Assembly: GCA_028865725.1 (NCBI GenBank) | Contig: JAGWJP010000004.1 | Coordinates: 5,567-69,566 of the forward strand | Direction of reading: 5' to 3' | DNA from: Patescibacteria group bacterium | Lineage (GTDB): Bacteria > Patescibacteriota > Minisyncoccia > UBA6257 > JACRHW01 | DNA: 64,000 bases | Part shown: piece by piece, positions 59,526-64,000 of the stretch | Numbering within the stretch: position 1 is the stretch's first letter | Layout: each line of letters begins with the position of its first letter | The notes under the pieces: generated by a model | Told to the model about the DNA's origin: nothing | What the model saw: the letters and a program-made list of their open reading frames with translations, nothing else | Database searches by the model: none | Made by a program: the position numbers and the translations under genes

Positions 59526-60671
59526 ATGTCATTTTCGTACCGAACGTATGAATTCGCACCAAAAGAAGTAATACATATTTCCGAAGATCTTATATCACGG
59601 GCACGGCGGGAGCACCGTTTTTATGATGTGGCAGAGTCCACCATGTTGGGCTTGCTCTCTGATCTGATTCCAGGTTCAGCGCTTGCGTCCTCGTTTTTAG
59701 AGGAGTGGAAACGATTTGAGGCGGATGAGGGAGGCCTAAACTACGGTATTTATTTTTTGTATCCTCGCACCAATCATCTTGTGCGATTTGCCCCTCTGTA
59801 TTGGCATAGACTCGCGCTTCTTATGCGTAACACGACACTGTTTTTAGATCCTGCCATGCAGTATTCATGGGAAGAGGTGAGGAAGTGTTTTGATAACGTG
59901 GTGGTGGGGATTGCAGGATGTAGTGTGGGTAATAGTATTGCCCACGCGCTCGTAGGAGATCTTCGTTTGGGACACTTAAAAATTGCAGATCCTGATTGTT
60001 ATTACTTGCATAATGCAAATCGTGTCCGCCTCTCTCATGAGGATTTAGGGAGAAATAAGAGTGTAGTAACGGCGGAGCAAATTCATGCCCTTGATCCTTA
60101 TTGCGCACTCTCTGTCTTTAGCGAAGGAGTGCATGAACACAATGTGAAAGATTTTATTAAAGGAAATACCGCGCGCGATGAACCCGAAAGTACGGTGATT
60201 GTGGAAGAAACAGATAGTCCGGATATGAAACTGTTTATTCGGGAACAAGCACGTAGCCACAGAAAGCCGGTAGTGATGGTGACGGATTTGGGGTCGGCCG
60301 TACAACGCGATGTTCGACGGTTTGATCTTATTCCCGACCTTCCTTTGACGTATGGAGTCAGTGATCAAGAACTCTACGCAACGCGGGATGCGTGGCGCGC
60401 CGATTTGGCTAACAAGGACCGATTTTTTGAATTCGCGTTTGCGCTTGCGGGGACACACCACAATCGTCTCCCGGAGCTCAAACGTATTATTCTCAAAGAG
60501 CAGCCTCCTCTTTTTGGATGTGTGCCGCAGCTTGGTTCCACTGCAATGATGGCGGGCGGTGTTGCCTCGGAGGCCGTGGTGCGGCTTGTATTGGGGCATG
60601 CGCTTTGCGAGCGATTATTTATTAATAAACATACAGGAGAGGTCGTGGCAGAAGGAGAGATATTTGTATGA
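59526..60671 (+). CDS. ThiF-family adenylyltransferase (Rv1355c/MoeY-like)
   Basis: RN, GIAGCSVG, KIADPD.....NANR, G.NK, EETD...K..IRE.AR....PVVM, PQL. Confidence 0.85.
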   Translation: MSFSYRTYEFAPKEVIHISEDLISRARREHRFYDVAESTMLGLLSDLIPGSALASSFLEEWKRFEADEGGLNYGIYFLYPRTNHLVRFAPLYWHRLALLMRNTTLFLDPAMQYSWEEVRKCFDNVVVGIAGCSVGNSIAHALVGDLRLGHLKIADPDCYYLHNANRVRLSHEDLGRNKSVVTAEQIHALDPYCALSVFSEGVHEHNVKDFIKGNTARDEPESTVIVEETDSPDMKLFIREQARSHRKPVVMVTDLGSAVQRDVRRFDLIPDLPLTYGVSDQELYATRDAWRADLANKDRFFEFAFALAGTHHNRLPELKRIILKEQPPLFGCVPQLGSTAMMAGGVASEAVVRLVLGHALCERLFINKHTGEVVAEGEIFV

Positions 60672-61726
60672 AGAATTATGACGCATGGAACATAGAGCCG
60701 CTTCGTGATATGGGCGACAGGCATGCACTGTATCTGAATCTTATTCAATGGGCAATCTTGGCGCCCAATTCGCACAATGTACAACCTTGGCGGTTTGTGA
60801 TACGCGCGCGTGATCATGAAATTGTTCTCTACGTTGCGAAGGAGGGAATTCTTCCCGCATCAGATATAATAGGGAGACAAGCGCATATCAGTGTGGGGTG
60901 TGCACTCGAAAATCTTGCGCAAGCCGCAGCATATTATGGCATGACCATCGTTCCGCATATTACCCACACCGAGGACAAGGAGACGTGTGTGAGGATAGTA
61001 TGTTCCGATCCTTCCGCGCATGCTGAAGAGCACGATGGAGTATCGCTTGATTCTATGCGCCAGCGTCGCGTGAACCGCGGAAAATTCGATACGGCGCGCA
61101 ACCTTCCCGAGGCACTTATCCAATCTTTTCATACGTATGCACAAGCAGGCGGACTTATATTTGATAGCATCCGTGATATCCCTACGCGTCTTGCGATCGC
61201 GCAATTTCAGGAGCAAGCAGAAAAGTATGTTTTAGCGCATGATGCGTTTCGTAAGGAGTTGGGTAATTATTTTCTTCCTAACGCTACGGAGGAGGGGCGA
61301 GGAATGCCGGGAAATACATTTGGACTGGGAGATGAGACGTCTTTGCGTGTTCACCGCGCTTTACAACAGGAGGGACCGTTCGACCCCGATCTCGCAAACG
61401 GCATGGCGGTCTCAGCGCGTGATGCTATGAAACATTCCCCGCTTATCGGTATTATTAGTATAGAGGAAGATATGCCGTTCTATTGGATTCAAGCGGGAAG
61501 GGTATTGCAACGCAACCTTCTTGAAGCTGAGCGGTACGGAGCAAGTACTTCGATTCACGCAGCGTTGATAGAAGTAAATTTTTTTAATAAGTTATTACGA
61601 TTGCGTTTGAAGAGAAGCGCGCGTCCGACTGTGTTATTTAGAGCGGGATTTTGTACAGAAGAGAGACCTCATGCGCCACGGGCGCCCATAGAAGGGGTAG
61701 TTACCGTGGAGAAAGATCGTGTTTGA
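60668..61726 (+). CDS. Acg-type nitroreductase-family flavoprotein
   Basis: A.LAP.SHN.QPWRF, S.GCALEN...AA, RR.NR, W..AGR..QR..L. Confidence 0.88.
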   Translation: MKNYDAWNIEPLRDMGDRHALYLNLIQWAILAPNSHNVQPWRFVIRARDHEIVLYVAKEGILPASDIIGRQAHISVGCALENLAQAAAYYGMTIVPHITHTEDKETCVRIVCSDPSAHAEEHDGVSLDSMRQRRVNRGKFDTARNLPEALIQSFHTYAQAGGLIFDSIRDIPTRLAIAQFQEQAEKYVLAHDAFRKELGNYFLPNATEEGRGMPGNTFGLGDETSLRVHRALQQEGPFDPDLANGMAVSARDAMKHSPLIGIISIEEDMPFYWIQAGRVLQRNLLEAERYGASTSIHAALIEVNFFNKLLRLRLKRSARPTVLFRAGFCTEERPHAPRAPIEGVVTVEKDRV

Positions 61727-61727
61727 T

Positions 61728-62837
61728 ATGGCAAAGAAACTTATTTCGTCTCACCGGTCTACGCGTTTACGAAAGCTTGCACAAGCAATACCGTCTCCTC
61801 TTGCGACCTATCGCAAGGGAGACGTATTGTTTTATGTCTATCGTGCGAAAAATCTTTTTTCTCCTACTTGGGATCATCCCGTGCTCAAAAAGCTCGTCGC
61901 GGAAGCGAGGCGCGAATCGTATTACCGGTATGGAGATATTGCGGAATTTGATGCGTATGACAGCAAGGCCGTGGTGTACGTGGCGCGCGTTGTATATAAC
62001 GATGTGCGCGGAACCATAGCATACCCAGTAGAAGAATGGGCTACGATGCGTTTTGTCCCTCGGGATGGCGTGCCTCACGACATTGAAGATTTCAAGGAGT
62101 ATGAGTTGCATGGGCAACCAATGGGAAGCTCTGCACATAATTCTCTTTTTTCCGCGCATCAGTTGACTGCAGATAATGTGATTTCCGGATCACGTCTCTC
62201 GGGAATCCGTTCCTATTGTCTTCGGAAATATGATGAGCATGATTCAAAACATATTCCCCGTTTTTGCTATTTTAGAGAATGTTTCGTTTTGATGCATCAT
62301 GCATTTCTGAAGCTCAATGTTGCGCGCAATACATTTCGTTACCGTGTGGCACAGACCTCTCACGAGTTTATTGAGAGAGTTCTTACATTTACCGTACGTG
62401 GACAACGCATCGCGCTCACGTGTACGCCAGCGCATCGTATGCTTCATGTAGCGCCGCATGCGATACGATTACAAAGAAAGGGAATCGTATTTCAATATCC
62501 GGCCTATTTTTTGAACCAAAAGGAGCTTTATCTTCTTTTTTCTTCTCTGGTAAAAAAGAATCTGCTGACTTCGAATACGCTGCGCCATTATTTTTCCGCT
62601 TCGTGCACGCAAAATTCGTTTCTCACTCAGCATCAATTTACCTTTTTCCAAGCACGCCTCCTGGGGACATTATGCAGTGCGGAGGGGACTCTTTACGGCA
62701 CTCTACTTACCGGAGAGGAACTTCGCGTGTTGGTGCGCGACATAAGCGATGGGCCTTTTTTATCCATTACCCCCCTTGATACAGTGGAAAAAAATATTGA
62801 GTTATTTATGCGCGAAGAACATATTACGCGTATTTAA
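61728..62837 (+). CDS. Divergent GNAT-fold acyltransferase (FeeM/LuxI-like) candidate
   Basis: R..SY..YG....FDAYD..A, TMRFVP, SRL motifs in FeeM/LuxI order. Confidence 0.45.
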   Translation: MAKKLISSHRSTRLRKLAQAIPSPLATYRKGDVLFYVYRAKNLFSPTWDHPVLKKLVAEARRESYYRYGDIAEFDAYDSKAVVYVARVVYNDVRGTIAYPVEEWATMRFVPRDGVPHDIEDFKEYELHGQPMGSSAHNSLFSAHQLTADNVISGSRLSGIRSYCLRKYDEHDSKHIPRFCYFRECFVLMHHAFLKLNVARNTFRYRVAQTSHEFIERVLTFTVRGQRIALTCTPAHRMLHVAPHAIRLQRKGIVFQYPAYFLNQKELYLLFSSLVKKNLLTSNTLRHYFSASCTQNSFLTQHQFTFFQARLLGTLCSAEGTLYGTLLTGEELRVLVRDISDGPFLSITPLDTVEKNIELFMREEHITRI

Positions 62838-62869
62838 TAGTCTGCTCTACAGTATGGTATGATGAAGCC

Positions 62870-64000
62870 ATGGTAATAATACAAAACATTTTTGCATTTA
62901 TTGTTGTAGCCTATTTGGGCATTTCCGTGTTGTTACGCGACCCCAAAAGCGCCACGCATCGGCTGTTTTTTCTCCTTGCTTTTCTTCAGGATGTCTATAT
63001 TGTAACGAACTATTTTTCGTTATATCCTCCTCTCCCGACTATTGCTGATCAACTGATATGGATTCGTTTAGTCATGCTGGTAGGCGCTTTTGTGGGTCCC
63101 ACCTTGTTTCTTCTTGCCATTACGTTTCCCCGAAATACGATACCGCTTCCTTTGTTGTATCGGGTAGGTATTGTGGTGCTCGCATGCGGTACGGCCTTTG
63201 CGACACTGATGCCGCTTGTGTTCTCGGCTCTCGTATTTGATCGTGGAATGCCCGTCCCTATTCCGGGTCCTTGGATCGGTCTTTATTTTCTCGACGTTCC
63301 CGGGCTTTTTATCGCGAGTTTCGTGGTTTTATTTTTAAAATATCGGCGGACGCGGGGAACGGAGAAGATCAAAAATCTTTATTTATTTTTAGGAATATCG
63401 ATAAGTTTTCTTCTTCTTATCGTGACTACGTTTATTGCGGTTGTGATGTTTCATCGTTCCGATTTGGTCGGGTGGGGGCCCTTTTTTCCCGTGCTTCTTG
63501 TCGGTACCATTGCGTACGCAGTCGTAAAACATCATTTTCTCGATATGCGGCCTTTTATTTTACGTTCTGCAACTTTTCTTCTTCTTATTATTATGCTGGC
63601 GCTTGTTGCGGGGATCTTGTTTCTGGGTATTGTGAATCATTTCGTTCCTATTGATCGCGTTACTTTTATTGTATTTTTGGTGGTAATGACTATTGTGGCG
63701 CTTGTGTTCCACCCCCTTACAGAATTGTTGGGCACATTTACGAATCGAATTTTTTTTAAGGGACAGTATAATACCGATCTTCTCCTTTCTCGACTGACGC
63801 GTATTATGGCAAGCACGATTGATTTTAATGTGCTGACTGCACAGATATTGAAAACATTGATCGAGGAATTGCGTGTCACTAAAGCCGCATTGCTTCTTGT
63901 CACAAATCACTCGATTACGGAAACAAGAGTAAAAGAATATGATACGCATATCTTTGAGAAAAAAGATTTTGAAGACATCGCGTTTCATCGTGGAGGTACT
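62870..64000 (+). CDS. 7TM (HisKA_7TM-like) membrane sensor, probable histidine kinase; truncated by the window end
   Basis: MVIIQNIFAFIVVAYLGISVLLRDPKSATHRLFF...W.R...TFP...YAVVKHHFLDMR...FFKGQY; absent from the ORF track because it has no stop in the window. Confidence 0.8.
   Translation, partial: MVIIQNIFAFIVVAYLGISVLLRDPKSATHRLFFLLAFLQDVYIVTNYFSLYPPLPTIADQLIWIRLVMLVGAFVGPTLFLLAITFPRNTIPLPLLYRVGIVVLACGTAFATLMPLVFSALVFDRGMPVPIPGPWIGLYFLDVPGLFIASFVVLFLKYRRTRGTEKIKNLYLFLGISISFLLLIVTTFIAVVMFHRSDLVGWGPFFPVLLVGTIAYAVVKHHFLDMRPFILRSATFLLLIIMLALVAGILFLGIVNHFVPIDRVTFIVFLVVMTIVALVFHPLTELLGTFTNRIFFKGQYNTDLLLSRLTRIMASTIDFNVLTAQILKTLIEELRVTKAALLLVTNHSITETRVKEYDTHIFEKKDFEDIAFHRGGT

Noticed and set aside
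62420-63988. Short ORFs listed in the last 1.6 kb
   Set aside because: Out-of-frame or antisense to the 61728 gene and to the sensor gene starting at 62870

Overview
A 64 kb, almost entirely + strand, gene-dense bacterial chromosomal segment using the standard code. By inference it is Patescibacteria/CPR (Parcubacteria-like): short HrcA, Lys-rich RpoD N-terminus, a stand-alone VirD4/TraG-like ATPase, comEC, and A/T-rich leaders without Shine-Dalgarno (SD) motifs. Core genes are nth, CIRCE-hrcA-grpE-dnaK-dnaJ-rmuC, CIRCE-groES-groEL, dnaG-rpoD, comEC, scpA/scpB, a D,D-carboxypeptidase, mraY, serS, alr, rnr, purA and lexA. They are interspersed with self-contained orphan genes that have their own promoter, strong SD and terminator. 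I saw no CRISPR array, rRNA, integrase or transposase. The main observations: (1) at 36.3-36.7 kb an outer tRNA-Gln gene has its D-loop replaced by a 366-nt insert bounded by inverted repeats, and the insert carries a decayed GIY-YIG nuclease gene and an intact second tRNA-Gln; (2) at 59.5-64 kb a ThiF + nitroreductase + FeeM/LuxI-like acyltransferase operon sits directly upstream of a 7TM sensor, a candidate signal synthesis and sensing module; (3) an unannotated 25-codon, highly structured transcription unit at 48.55-48.72 kb; (4) a stand-alone NrN-like DHH phosphodiesterase; (5) a secreted LCAT-like lipase with a dockerin. All family calls come from recognising motifs by eye, not from database searches.
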